Part shown: positions 1-9,962 of the stretch, piece after piece | Position numbering within the stretch: the stretch's first letter is position 1 | Layout: every line of letters begins with the position of its first letter | Assembly: GCA_016707605.1 (NCBI GenBank) | Contig: JADJHJ010000010.1 | Coordinates: 176,556-240,555 of the forward strand | Length of the DNA: 64,000 nt | DNA from: Candidatus Promineofilum glycogenicum | Lineage (GTDB): Bacteria > Chloroflexota > Anaerolineae > Promineifilales > Promineifilaceae | Reading direction: 5' to 3' | Notes under the pieces: model-generated | Told to the model about the DNA's origin: nothing | The model's input: the letters and a program-made list of their open reading frames with translations, nothing else | Database searches by the model: none | Program-made: the position numbers and the translations under genes

Positions 1-1161
1 GGCAACAAGACCGTTTCGGCCGTCTTCGAGATCGCCCCGGTTTTCACCGTCAACGTCACCTCGGCCGGCAACGGCTCGGTGGCCGTCGACCCGCCCGGCA
101 CGCAGTTCACCGCCGGCACGCAGATCACCCTGACGGCCACGCCGTCCGAAGGGTTCTTCTTCGCCGGCTGGACGGGCAGCCTGGTCAGCAACAAGAACCC
201 CACCGTGCTGACCGTGGACGGCAACAAGAACATCATCGCCCACTTCACCGACGAGCCAGCCCCCCAGTCCGACGACTTCGCCGGTTGCGGCACGCCCAAC
301 GCCATGTGGACGTGGGTTGACCCGCTCGGCCAGGCCGACTACCGGATGACCGGCACACAGCTCAAGATCGTCATTCCCCCCGACGTCAACTATGAAGCGT
401 GGCGCAACGGCAACGAAGCGGCGCGAATGATGCAAGAGGTCGGCAATCTGGACAACTTCTCGCTGGTGGTCAAGCTGCAATCGGTCGTCACCCAGGGCTA
501 CCAGGCGCAGGGCATCATCATCGAGGCGGATGAAGATCACTTCATTCGTTTTGATCTCAACTACATCCCTGAAGACGAAGAAGGTGTCTCGCCGGTGAAG
601 CTGTTTGCCGGCACGGTTGAGAATGGAGTCGGCAAGATCAAGAAGAACGTGCCGATTACCATCAGCGGTTCCGACATCTACATCATGATCCGGCGCTTCG
701 GCGACGAGTGGCGGATGTACTACCGCTTCCAGAACTCCGGGCCGTGGACGGGCATCGGCAAGTTCAACTTTGTCCTAGACGTGCAGCGCGTCGGCGTCTT
801 TGCCGCCAGCCACCACCCCACGGGCAGCGAGAACGCCCCCGGCCACACGGCCACCTTCGACTTCTTCTTCAACGAAGATTCACCCATCGCCCCCGAAGAC
901 GGCAACGCGCCGGGCATCGTCATCAACAAGGTCGGCCAGGGCACTGTCACCCAGACGCCCGCCGGCCCCGACTACACTTGCGGCCAGCAGGTTCAACTGC
1001 GGGCCGCGCCGGCCAGCGGCTGGCGCTTCCAGAACTGGAGCGGCGATCTGAACGGCAGCAGCCTCAACCTGCCGCTGACCATCAGCCGCAAGCACACGGT
1101 CACGGCCACCTTTGTCCAGTTGACCAGCTTTGACCTGTTCCTGCCCGTGGCTATTCGTTAG
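1..1161 (+). CDS. Large secreted/surface protein, C-terminal part (5' end outside window): InlB-B-repeat-like module, LamG/concanavalin-like jelly-roll, terminal InlB-B repeat, ends ...LFLPVAIR
   Basis: Frame 1 is open from nt 1 into listed ORF 79..1161. The 'GW(T/S)G(D/S)' repeat signature and 'FDFFFN' LamG-like block are shared with CDS 1562..5563 and 14871..18588. Stop TAG at 1159-1161. Confidence 0.7.
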   Translation, partial: GNKTVSAVFEIAPVFTVNVTSAGNGSVAVDPPGTQFTAGTQITLTATPSEGFFFAGWTGSLVSNKNPTVLTVDGNKNIIAHFTDEPAPQSDDFAGCGTPNAMWTWVDPLGQADYRMTGTQLKIVIPPDVNYEAWRNGNEAARMMQEVGNLDNFSLVVKLQSVVTQGYQAQGIIIEADEDHFIRFDLNYIPEDEEGVSPVKLFAGTVENGVGKIKKNVPITISGSDIYIMIRRFGDEWRMYYRFQNSGPWTGIGKFNFVLDVQRVGVFAASHHPTGSENAPGHTATFDFFFNEDSPIAPEDGNAPGIVINKVGQGTVTQTPAGPDYTCGQQVQLRAAPASGWRFQNWSGDLNGSSLNLPLTISRKHTVTATFVQLTSFDLFLPVAIR

Positions 1162-1171
1162 CCGCGGCCAA

Positions 1172-1203
1172 GGCGGGCCGCCCGGTTAGCCGGGCGGCCC
1201 GCC
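1172..1203 (+). terminator. GC-rich perfect hairpin (GGCGGGCCGCCCGG-TTAG-CCGGGCGGCCCGCC) directly after the stop codon
   Basis: 14-bp perfect inverted repeat with a 4-nt loop, 11 nt after the stop; no U-tract follows, so an intrinsic terminator is plausible but not certain. Confidence 0.45.
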
Positions 1204-1561
1204 ACTTAAGAGGCGTTGTAAGCCGACGCCGCTATTCTGGCCATAGTGAGTCCCACGCCGATCGGGGTGGGCCTTAAAATGGAATGAACAAACCGGCTGA
1301 TAGGACTCTAATCGTACTTGGAGCCGCCATCCGTTTACCGGCTCGTGACCGGCAACGACCCCCTTATCGGTAACACCCACGCCCAGCCGGCGTACTGGAA
1401 TTTGCATACCGCTGTGGCCCACGCCGCGGCGACAACGTGAATTGGTTTGACCGGGAAGTGGCATCATCGCTTTCACTCAGGCAAAGCGCTGTGCCCCATC
1501 GAGGCAACTTCCACTCCCGGCTCGTTCTGATGTAGTCGATATTGCCTGGATAGAGGGAACC

Positions 1562-4500
1562 ATGTTAAGGAGCAATACACGCACTCTCTTTCTCGTCTTG
1601 GCCCTGGGCCTGTTGGGCGGGCTAGTGATGATTCGCCCGACGGCCGTCGAGGCCGGCATCTTCAATGCCAGTAATCAGGTCACTTACAAAGAGTACTGGG
1701 TCCACCATGACGAATTGACCGGCGGCTGCAACGCCGACGGCACGCCGACACACCCCGGCGGCACATGGTACATGGAAGTCGGCACGCGCCAGCGCTGCCC
1801 CAAGACGGTTGAATTCACCGTGCCCGATGATTTCAGCAACGCGGCCAAGGTCGAAATCTACCTTGACCTGTGGCGCGCCTACCATGAGCGCGGCCTCCAG
1901 TTCGAGATGAACGAAAGCGGCGTCGTCCATACCTCGCCCGTTGGCTATGACTGGAGCCGCACGCCCTGGATTCTGGAAGTTGACAAGGCCGAGTTAGAGC
2001 CTGGCCTGAATACCATCACCTTCTGGGCCACCCGGCTGACCCACATCCACGACATCGGCATTCGCATCTATCACAACAACGACAACCCGCTGCTGCCCGG
2101 CCCCGGCGGCGACGTGGAACCGCCGAACGGCCAACTGGTCTCCATTGAGGATGACGGCGGCGTCGTTTCGCCCGATGCCGGCGGCACGTTGATGGTCAAC
2201 GGCAATCAGTTGAAGCTGACGGCCGACATCTCGCCCGACACCCTCTACGTCGAGTTCCACGCCTGGTATGAAGGCTACGACGAGGACAACGACGGCGTCT
2301 TCCGCGACTGGCACAACCTGGGCCGCAACAACTGGTGGCCCGGCGGCCGCGAGGAGTTAGTCACCGGCGGCACCATCAACCACATCGCCACCGTCAAGCC
2401 CAAGAACAGCGCGACGACGGTGTCCACGACGTGGAACATGACCCACATCACCAACCAGTCGTTGATCAAGTTCAAGATCCGTGTGGTGGACGCCGCGGGC
2501 AACGTGCGCGAAGGGGCGGGCGGTATCTCGTCCGACTTCAAGTTGATGCGCAACGTACCCGTCAACGCCTTCATCCTCCACGACTTCACCGACTTCGGCC
2601 TGCACATGGACGGCAATCGGCCTGACTCGGTCAGCTACAACTTCATTATGCCGTCCACCATTGTCGACTACTACACCGAGTCGATTCTGGTCGGGGCCTA
2701 TTGGCGCAACCCCGCCTTCGCCATCAATGGTAGCGGCGGCATCTCGGCCAACTCCCCCGACTGGTCACTAGGGATCAAGTCGTTCCCCAAGGGCTACCTG
2801 GTCGCCGGGCTGAACCGCATCACCTATCAATACACCAATGGCGCCGGCCAATTTGTGGAGTACCCCGGCCCGATGTTCGTCCTGCGCCGGTCGGCGCCAG
2901 GCCCGGCCGACAACACCCCGCCGATCATCGGCGGCCAGTTGCCGGCGCCCAACGCGACCAACGTCGACGTCAAATCGCCCATCACCGCCCGCATCAGCGA
3001 CGACAAGTTCGGCGTTGACTGGCAGACGGTCAAGGTCACGGTCAACGGCGAGGACGTGACCAACAAGACCGACATCCAGGGTGTCATGGGCGACTACCTG
3101 CTGGTCTATGACCCGCCCGGCAACCTCGACTTCTCCACCGAGTACACGGTCAAGATCGAGGGCTGCGACCTGCTGAACAACTGCGCGTCGGCCGTGAACT
3201 ACAAGTTCAACACCGCCGCGCCCGACACCGCGCCGCCGGCCATTACCAACGTGGTGGCCGAGCCGCTGCCCAATGGCGTCAACATCAGTTGGACCACCAG
3301 CGAACCGGCCACCAGCCGCGTCGAATATGGCAAGACGACCAACTACGAGTTGGGCGTGGTCGAAGACACGACGCTGAAGACCAGCCACTACGCCGAAATC
3401 CGCGGCCTGCAACCCAGCACCCGCTACCACTTCCGGCTGAAGAGCACCGACGAGCAGGGCAACACCGCCACGACAAACGACAACACCTTCGACACGACCG
3501 AGTTCGGCGACCTGCTGTCCGATGACTTCAACGCCTGCGTCCTCGATTCGATGTGGACGGAGTTCGACCCGCAGGGCAATACCACCCTGAGCATGTCGGG
3601 CGAGACGCTGTCGCTGAGCTTCCCCGCCGGCGGCGCCCACGACTGGACGACCGGCGGCCCGCCGCGCGTCATGCAGTTGGCCGGCGACGTCGACTTCACC
3701 GTTGAGGTCAAGTTCGAATCGGCGTTGACCGTCCCCGGCCAGATGCAGGGCATCCTGATCGAAGAGGACGACGACACCTACGTCCGCGTCAGCTTCGAGC
3801 GCACGGCCACGGCCACGATCATGTTCTCGCGCTTCGTCAGCAACGGCGTCACCGTCAAGAGCGCCACCACGTCCTTCACCGATGGCACGGTCATCCCCAA
3901 CATGCTGCGCGTCAAGCGCGTCGGCGATAGCTTCCAGCGCTCCTACTACCAGGACGGCCAGTGGAAGGGGCAGGCGGCCTACACGATGGACATGACCCCC
4001 ATCCACGTCGGCGTCTTCGCCGGTGCGGCCGGCGCGGGCGGCACGGCTCCGGCCCACACCGCCGTCGTCGATTACTTCTTCAACACCGACATCCCCATCG
4101 TGCCCGAAGACGGCAATCCGATGAGCGTCGCCGTGGCCGTCGTCGGCAACGGCAGCGTGACCAAGCAGCCCAACAAGACCGTCTATACCTGCGGCGAGGA
4201 AGTCGTGCTGAGCGCGGTGACCGTCCCCGGCTGGTCGTTCGGCGGCTGGAGCGGCGACGTGACCGGCAGCGACCCGATGGCCTCGGTCATCATTGACGGG
4301 CCGAAGAACGCCACCGCCACCTTCACCCAGGATCAGTACGTCCTCAACGTGGCCATCGAAAACGACGGCGTCGGCGGCGAGCAGAACGCCGTGACGAAAA
4401 GCCCCGACCAGGCGACCTACGTCTACGGCGACCAGGTGCAACTGACCGCCGTGCCCCAACCGGGCTGGTCGTTCGTCGGCTGGACGGGCGCGGTCAACAG

Positions 4501-5563
4501 CGCCTCGCCCACCGTCATGCTGACGATGAACGAGAGCAAGTCCGTCACGGCCAAGTTTGAGCAGGATCAGTATGACCTGACGCTCAACGTCATCAACAAC
4601 GCTGTTGTGCCGGGCAGCGTCGGCGGGACGGTCTCGGCCACGCCGCAGAAGACGACCTACGTTTATGGTGACGTGGTCACGCTGCAAGCCAACACCAATC
4701 CCGGCTGGACATTCTCCGGCTGGAGCGGGGCCGTCACCTCGACTAATGCCACCGCGCAATTGACAATCACCGGCGACGCGGTCGTCAACGCCACCTTCAT
4801 CCAGGATCAGTACGAACTCGAAGTCGAGGTCGTCAGCCTGGGCAAGTCGGGCGTCGGCGGCTCCGTCTCGCTGAACCCGGCCAAGGGCAGCTACGTCTAC
4901 AACGACGTGGTCACCCTGGTGGCCGAGGCCAACGCCTGCTGGTCGTTCACGCGCTGGGAAGGCGACCTGAGCGGCACGAACGCGGTGGAAACGCTGACGG
5001 TGACGCGCGACATGGACGTGACCGCCGTCTTCACCCAGAATCGCCACACGCTGACCGTCAACAAGACCGGCCCCGGCCAGGTCGCGGTGACGCCGCAGAT
5101 GGCCGAATACTACTGCGGCGACAGCGTCACGCTGACGGCCACGCCGTCGCCCAACTTCTTCTTCACCGGCTGGTCGGGCGACCTGACCGGCGCGGAGAAC
5201 CCGCTGACCTTCACCATCGAGAAGAACACCGTCGTCACGGCGACCTTCTCCAACAACCCGCCGCCCATCGTCGAGCCGATTCCCGACAAGACGGTGAGCC
5301 TCAACGAACTCGTCACCTTCGCGGTGCGGGCCACTGACCCCGGCGGGACGACGGTCACGCTGACGGCCAACGGCCTGCCGCAGGGCGCGACGTTCGTGGA
5401 CAACGGCGGCGGCACAGGCACGTTCACCTGGCGGCCCAGCATCTCCCAGAGCGGCGAGTACACCATCACCTTCATCGCCTCCGATGGCAACGGCCAGGGC
5501 AGCCAGACCGTTCTCATCACCGTTGAAGGCCAGGCGGTCGTCTTGCCGATGATCATCCGCTAG
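1562..5563 (+). CDS. Giant secreted multidomain surface protein (1333 aa): signal peptide, Fn3-like domain, LamG-like jelly-roll, ~7 tandem divergent InlB-B repeats, cadherin/Ig-like module, C-terminal ...VVLPMIIR
   Basis: N-terminal MLRSNTRTLFLVLALGLLGGLVMIRPTAVEA signal peptide. Repeated '...GW(S/T)F.GW(S/T)G.V.G....T.T(M/V)....VTA.F' units. The 'TSRVEYGKTT...RYHFRLKSTDEQGN' block is Fn3/PAP-N-like. The same 'GILIEEDDD...VDYFFN' LamG block as the other two giants. Confidence 0.8.
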   Translation: MLRSNTRTLFLVLALGLLGGLVMIRPTAVEAGIFNASNQVTYKEYWVHHDELTGGCNADGTPTHPGGTWYMEVGTRQRCPKTVEFTVPDDFSNAAKVEIYLDLWRAYHERGLQFEMNESGVVHTSPVGYDWSRTPWILEVDKAELEPGLNTITFWATRLTHIHDIGIRIYHNNDNPLLPGPGGDVEPPNGQLVSIEDDGGVVSPDAGGTLMVNGNQLKLTADISPDTLYVEFHAWYEGYDEDNDGVFRDWHNLGRNNWWPGGREELVTGGTINHIATVKPKNSATTVSTTWNMTHITNQSLIKFKIRVVDAAGNVREGAGGISSDFKLMRNVPVNAFILHDFTDFGLHMDGNRPDSVSYNFIMPSTIVDYYTESILVGAYWRNPAFAINGSGGISANSPDWSLGIKSFPKGYLVAGLNRITYQYTNGAGQFVEYPGPMFVLRRSAPGPADNTPPIIGGQLPAPNATNVDVKSPITARISDDKFGVDWQTVKVTVNGEDVTNKTDIQGVMGDYLLVYDPPGNLDFSTEYTVKIEGCDLLNNCASAVNYKFNTAAPDTAPPAITNVVAEPLPNGVNISWTTSEPATSRVEYGKTTNYELGVVEDTTLKTSHYAEIRGLQPSTRYHFRLKSTDEQGNTATTNDNTFDTTEFGDLLSDDFNACVLDSMWTEFDPQGNTTLSMSGETLSLSFPAGGAHDWTTGGPPRVMQLAGDVDFTVEVKFESALTVPGQMQGILIEEDDDTYVRVSFERTATATIMFSRFVSNGVTVKSATTSFTDGTVIPNMLRVKRVGDSFQRSYYQDGQWKGQAAYTMDMTPIHVGVFAGAAGAGGTAPAHTAVVDYFFNTDIPIVPEDGNPMSVAVAVVGNGSVTKQPNKTVYTCGEEVVLSAVTVPGWSFGGWSGDVTGSDPMASVIIDGPKNATATFTQDQYVLNVAIENDGVGGEQNAVTKSPDQATYVYGDQVQLTAVPQPGWSFVGWTGAVNSASPTVMLTMNESKSVTAKFEQDQYDLTLNVINNAVVPGSVGGTVSATPQKTTYVYGDVVTLQANTNPGWTFSGWSGAVTSTNATAQLTITGDAVVNATFIQDQYELEVEVVSLGKSGVGGSVSLNPAKGSYVYNDVVTLVAEANACWSFTRWEGDLSGTNAVETLTVTRDMDVTAVFTQNRHTLTVNKTGPGQVAVTPQMAEYYCGDSVTLTATPSPNFFFTGWSGDLTGAENPLTFTIEKNTVVTATFSNNPPPIVEPIPDKTVSLNELVTFAVRATDPGGTTVTLTANGLPQGATFVDNGGGTGTFTWRPSISQSGEYTITFIASDGNGQGSQTVLITVEGQAVVLPMIIR

Positions 5564-5662
5564 TCAAGATTAGGCGACTTCGCGGCCAGGGCCGCTGCAC
5601 CGCAGCGGCCCTGGCCCAATGGCGCGACGCCGGCGCTGATAGTAAACAAGGAGATACAACGC

Positions 5663-6433
5663 ATGAAAGTTGGCATTCTGGCCGGTGGGCATGGCACACG
5701 CCTGGCCGAAGAGACAGAGATCAAGCCCAAGCCGATGGTCGAGATCGGCGGCCGGCCCATCCTGTGGCACATCATGATGCACTACTCGTGCTTCGGCCAC
5801 AACGATTTCGTCATTGCCCTGGGCTACAAGGGCGAAGTCATCAAGCGCTACATGGTCGATTACTGCTCGCTGAACAGCAATCTGACCATCAACCTGAAGG
5901 CCGGGCGCGTTGACCTGCACGACACCGAGGGCATTCAGGACTGGACCATCAACCTGATCGACACCGGCCTGCACACCATGACCGGCGGACGCATCAAGCG
6001 CCTCCAGCCCTACATGGGCGACAAGACGTTCATGCTGACCTGGGGCGACGGCGTCTCCACCGTCGATCTCAGCCGGCTGCTGGCCTTCCATCGCGCCCAC
6101 GGCCGTCTGATCACCATGACCGCCGTGCGCCCGCCCGCCCGCTATGGCCACATGGAGTTCGACGGCGACCGCATCCGCGAGTTCACCGAGAAGCCCCAGA
6201 CGGCCGAAGGCTGGATCAACGGCGCGTTCTTCGTCGCCGAGCCGCAGGTCTTCGACTACATCGACGGCGACGACACCCAATTCGAGAAAGAGCCGCTGGA
6301 GCGCCTGGCCGCCGAGGGCGAGCTGATGGCCTATAAGCACGACGGCTTCTGGCAATGTATGGACACCCGGCGCGACAAGTTCGTGCTGGAGAAACTTTGG
6401 GACAGCGGGGAAGCCCCCTGGAAGATCTGGTAA
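5663..6433 (+). CDS. rfbF: Glucose-1-phosphate cytidylyltransferase
   Basis: MKVGILAGGHGTRL...KPKPMVEIGGRPILWHIM...MTGGRIKR closely matches RfbF/DdhA. AAGGAG RBS upstream of ATG 5663. Confidence 0.9.
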   Translation: MKVGILAGGHGTRLAEETEIKPKPMVEIGGRPILWHIMMHYSCFGHNDFVIALGYKGEVIKRYMVDYCSLNSNLTINLKAGRVDLHDTEGIQDWTINLIDTGLHTMTGGRIKRLQPYMGDKTFMLTWGDGVSTVDLSRLLAFHRAHGRLITMTAVRPPARYGHMEFDGDRIREFTEKPQTAEGWINGAFFVAEPQVFDYIDGDDTQFEKEPLERLAAEGELMAYKHDGFWQCMDTRRDKFVLEKLWDSGEAPWKIW

Positions 6434-6454
6434 GTTAGGAGGACTCAATACATC

Positions 6455-7495
6455 ATGCGCGTTCTAGTGACTGGTCATAACGGCTATGTGGGTACGGTGC
6501 TCGTGCCCATGCTTCTGAAAGCGGGCCACGAAGTCGTCGGCCTGGATAGCAACTTGTATCAGGCGGCCACCTTCGGCGAGGAGGATGCCCCCGCCATCCC
6601 GGCTATCCAGCGCGACGTACGCGACGTGACCTACGAAGACCTCGACGGCTTCCAGGCCATTTTGCACCTGGCCGGCCTGTCCAACGACCCCCTGGGCGAC
6701 CTCAACCCGGCGTTGACTTACGACATCAACCACCGCGCCTCCGTCCGCATGGCCCAGATGGCCAAGGAACTGGGCACGGAGCGCTTCATCTTCTCGTCCT
6801 CGTGCAGCAACTACGGCGCGGGCGTCGATGACTGGTTGACCGAAGAGTCGGCCTTCAACCCGGTGACCCCCTACGGCAAGTCGAAGGTCATGGTCGAGCA
6901 GGACGTGGCCAAGCTGGCCGACGATAGCTTCAGCCCCACCTTCCTGCGCAGCTCCACGGCCTACGGCGTCTCGCCCCGCCTGCGCTTCGACCTGGTGCTC
7001 AACAACCTGACCGCCTGGGCCTACACCACCGGCCTGGTCTACCTGAAGAGCGACGGCACGCCCTGGCGGCCCGTCGTCCACATCGAGGACATGTCCCTGG
7101 CCTTCGTCGCCGCCCTGCACGCGCCGCGCGAACTCATCCACAACGAGGCGTTCAACGTCGGCCGCCCCGAAGAGAACTACCGCATCCGCGAACTGGCCGA
7201 GATCGTCGCCGAGACCGTCCCCGGCAGCCGGGTCGAGTTCGCCGAAGGGGCCAGCCCCGACAAGCGCAACTACCGCGTCGACAGCAGCAAGATCGCCCGC
7301 GTCCTGCCGGAGTACAAGCCCAAGTGGACGGCCCGCGCCGGGGCCAAGGACCTCTACGAGGCCTATCAGCGCGTCGGCCTGAAGCTGGACGAGTTCGAGG
7401 GGCCGCGCTACCGCCGCATCGACCACATCAAGATGCTCATGTCCAGCGGCCGGCTCGACAACGCCCTGCGCTGGCGCGAGGCCGTCCCCGCCTGA
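6455..7495 (+). CDS. NAD-dependent sugar epimerase/dehydratase (extended SDR)
   Basis: N-terminal Rossmann motif [11 protein letters not shown] and catalytic YGKSK; AGGAGG RBS; adjacent to CDP-sugar genes. Confidence 0.8.
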   Translation: MRVLVTGHNGYVGTVLVPMLLKAGHEVVGLDSNLYQAATFGEEDAPAIPAIQRDVRDVTYEDLDGFQAILHLAGLSNDPLGDLNPALTYDINHRASVRMAQMAKELGTERFIFSSSCSNYGAGVDDWLTEESAFNPVTPYGKSKVMVEQDVAKLADDSFSPTFLRSSTAYGVSPRLRFDLVLNNLTAWAYTTGLVYLKSDGTPWRPVVHIEDMSLAFVAALHAPRELIHNEAFNVGRPEENYRIRELAEIVAETVPGSRVEFAEGASPDKRNYRVDSSKIARVLPEYKPKWTARAGAKDLYEAYQRVGLKLDEFEGPRYRRIDHIKMLMSSGRLDNALRWREAVPA

Positions 7496-7500
7496 TGCCA

Positions 7501-7556
7501 AAACCGCAGATTTCGCAGATTAAAGAGAATAAATCTGCGAAATCTGCGGTTTTATC
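7501..7556. repeat. Palindromic 'cagatt' family element (gcagatttcgcagatt...aatctgcgaaatctgc)
   Basis: Near-perfect inverted repeat between two CDSs; related copies at 24412, 25905, 26966, 27285, 27420 and 44165. Confidence 0.7.
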
Positions 7557-7566
7557 GAGTACTCCT

Positions 7567-8841
7567 ATGTCAATCTATACCACCGAAACCGGCGACCGCA
7601 TCACCGGCTCGCCCAACCTGGAAACCATCATCGCCTTTGGCGAGACGCCCCTGGCCGACCGCCTGCTGCGCGCCGACCAGCTCGACGAGCCGGCCCTGAA
7701 GGCCCCCCTGACCCTGGCCTTCTGCCCCGACTCGTCGCTGGCCCAAATTCGCGAGACGGTCAACCCGGAGATTCTCTTCTACGCCGAGTACCCCTACTTC
7801 TCGTCGGTCTCGCAATCGCTGCTGAAGCACTTCCGCGAGAGCGCCGAGTACATCATGGACACCCGGCCGCTCGGCCCCGACAGCCTGGTCATGGAAGCCG
7901 CCAGCAACGACGGCTACCTGCTGAAGAACTTCGCCGAGCGGGGCATCCCCGTGCTGGGCATTGACCCGTCGGTGGCCCCGGCCACGGCCGCCCGCGAAGC
8001 CGGCATCCCGACGATGATCACCTTCTTCACCCGCGACCTGGCCGCCCAACTGGTGGCCGAGGGCAAGGCGGCCGACGTCTTCCTGGCCAACAACGTCCTG
8101 GCCCACGTGCCCGACCTCAACGGCTTCGTCGCCGGCATCAAGACCGTGCTGAAGCCGACCGGCGTGGCCGTCATCGAGTGCCCCTACGTCGTCGATCTGG
8201 TCGATCACGTCGAGTTCGACACCATCTACCACCAGCACCTGTGCTACTTCTCCATCACCGCCCTGGACAAGCTCTTCCGCCAGCACGGCCTGTACCTCAA
8301 CGACGTCAAGCGCACCCGGATTCACGGCGGTTCGCTGCGCCTCTTTGTCGAGCCGGTGGAAAAAGTCGGCCCGGTCGTCACCGAGATGTTGGCCACGGAG
8401 CGCGAGCGCAAGGTGGACACCATCGAGTACTACCGCGACTTCGCCGGCCGCGTGGCCCACGTCCGCGACAGCCTGCTGGCCATCCTGCGCGACCTGAAGG
8501 CCCAGGGCTGCCGCATCGCCGCCTATGGCGCGGCGGCCAAGGCCACGACGATGCTGGCCTACTGCGGCATCGATTCGTCGCTGGTGGACTACGTCGTCGA
8601 TCTGAACAAGTACAAGCACGGCCGCTACATGGGCGGCAACCACCTGCCCATCTACCCGGTCGAGAAGCTGGTGGAAGACCAGCCCGACTACGTGCTGATC
8701 CTGGCCTGGAACTTCGCCCAGGAGATCATGCGCCAGCAGTCGGCCTATGCTGAGGCCGGCGGCCGTTTCATCGTCCCTATCCCTGAGCCGCGCATCATCG
8801 AGCCGCAGGCTGTCGCGCCGCTCCAGGGCGTGGTGATGTAG
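7567..8841 (+). CDS. SAM-dependent sugar C-methyltransferase family protein (TylCIII-like class I MTase with C-methyltransferase C-terminal domain)
   Basis: The listed ORF begins inside the palindromic element, so the ATG at 7567 ([10 protein letters not shown]...) is the likely start. The [28 protein letters not shown] block is the class I SAM-binding motif, and the C-terminal region resembles the NDP-hexose C-methyltransferase family. The N-terminal Zn-ribbon cysteines are not evident. Confidence 0.65.
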   Translation: MSIYTTETGDRITGSPNLETIIAFGETPLADRLLRADQLDEPALKAPLTLAFCPDSSLAQIRETVNPEILFYAEYPYFSSVSQSLLKHFRESAEYIMDTRPLGPDSLVMEAASNDGYLLKNFAERGIPVLGIDPSVAPATAAREAGIPTMITFFTRDLAAQLVAEGKAADVFLANNVLAHVPDLNGFVAGIKTVLKPTGVAVIECPYVVDLVDHVEFDTIYHQHLCYFSITALDKLFRQHGLYLNDVKRTRIHGGSLRLFVEPVEKVGPVVTEMLATERERKVDTIEYYRDFAGRVAHVRDSLLAILRDLKAQGCRIAAYGAAAKATTMLAYCGIDSSLVDYVVDLNKYKHGRYMGGNHLPIYPVEKLVEDQPDYVLILAWNFAQEIMRQQSAYAEAGGRFIVPIPEPRIIEPQAVAPLQGVVM

Positions 8842-8859
8842 CCTCTCAAGAGAGCGAGC

Positions 8860-9825
8860 ATGGCGACTTCACCTCATGTAACCCGACCGACCGGCCGCGG
8901 CCGCCGTGGCCTCGGCCGGCGGCTGGGCCGCTTCGGCAAACGGGCCTTCATCTCCGTGTTGGGCGAAGACCGCTTCCTGCGTGCCCGCGCCGCCCACCAT
9001 CTGCGCCGCCGCCGCCGCCACGGCCAGGGGTTGCTGCTCGTCCATACGATGGGCAAGGTCGGCTCGACCACCGTCGGCGCCTCGCTGCGCCAGCAGGGCA
9101 TCCGCCGCACGATGGCCATGTACCAGCCCCACTTCCTCAGTGATGAGGGCCGGGCCTTCGCCGAACAACTGGCCACCCAGGGCGTGGGCGGCTGGGAGCA
9201 GTTGGTCAAGAAAGAGCGCAGCGACTTCCTGCGCAGCCGGCTGCTGGGCCAGGAACTGGCGCGTATGCGCGCCGAGGGCGAACGGGTGAAGATCATCACC
9301 ATGGTGCGCGACCCGGTGGCCACCAACGTCTCCGGCCTGTTCCATAATCACACCTGGTGGCCGGCGGCGCTGAAGGCCGAGTGCGCCGCCGGCTCGCCCG
9401 GTTGCCTGGATGCGCTGAGCCAATACTTTCTGAACAGCTATCCCCACGACGTGCCGGAGACGTGGTTCGACATGGAGTTGCGCGCCCTCTATGGCGTGGA
9501 CGTCTATGCCCAGCCGTTCGACCCGCGGCGCGGCTATGCCGTCTACCACAGCGACACGGCCGACGTGCTGCTGCTGAAGCTGGAGACACTCAACCAGGTT
9601 GGGGCGGCGGCCGTGCGCGACTTTCTGGGCCTCGCGGCGTTCGAGTTGGTGCCCAGCAACACGGCCGAGGATAAGTCCTACGCCGACCTCTATAAAGCCT
9701 TCCGCCGCCAGGTGCATTTGCCCGCGGCCTATCTCGACCGCGTCTACGGCTCGCGCATGGCGCGTCACTTCTACGCGCCCGAGGAACTGGCCGCCTTCCG
9801 CGGCAAGTGGTCGGCTGCCCAATAA
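8860..9825 (+). CDS. Sulfotransferase-family-like protein (putative)
   Basis: 'LVHTMGKVGSTTV' resembles the 5'-PSB (PKxGTT) motif of PAPS-dependent sulfotransferases, and 'MVRDPVATNVS' resembles the 3'-PB region. Weak and motif-only. Confidence 0.35.
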   Translation: MATSPHVTRPTGRGRRGLGRRLGRFGKRAFISVLGEDRFLRARAAHHLRRRRRHGQGLLLVHTMGKVGSTTVGASLRQQGIRRTMAMYQPHFLSDEGRAFAEQLATQGVGGWEQLVKKERSDFLRSRLLGQELARMRAEGERVKIITMVRDPVATNVSGLFHNHTWWPAALKAECAAGSPGCLDALSQYFLNSYPHDVPETWFDMELRALYGVDVYAQPFDPRRGYAVYHSDTADVLLLKLETLNQVGAAAVRDFLGLAAFELVPSNTAEDKSYADLYKAFRRQVHLPAAYLDRVYGSRMARHFYAPEELAAFRGKWSAAQ

Positions 9826-9895
9826 GGCCAGGCCCGCCCCCGCGCGACGCCCTGGGCCGACTTCTTCACCGAGTCGAACCACGCAAGGCGCAGAC

Positions 9896-9950
9896 GCCAG
9901 CCAAGCGGCGTTCTTTGCGTCTTTGCGTGAGATATTCTTTAGCTTTGCGT
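9896..9950. repeat. Partial 'gcaaag' family palindromic element
   Basis: gcgttctttgcgtctttgcgtgag... motif shared with copies at 24450, 25830, 27330, 40640, 42340, 48290, 49110, 51540, 56270 and 58700. Confidence 0.5.
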
Positions 9951-9962
9951 GAAACTGAGCCT

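Noticed and set aside
2768-5047. 759-aa antisense ORF opposite the 1333-aa surface protein gene, and many other long reverse-strand or alternate-frame ORFs (e.g. 44850..46640, 6464..7501, 7570..8643, 8869..9882, 9807..11183, 14937..17825, 19282..20154, 21691..22659, 23452..24462)
   Set aside because: These are typical high-GC shadow ORFs: they are Arg/Ala/Gly-rich low-complexity translations with no motifs, and each overlaps a sense-strand gene that has clear family signatures.
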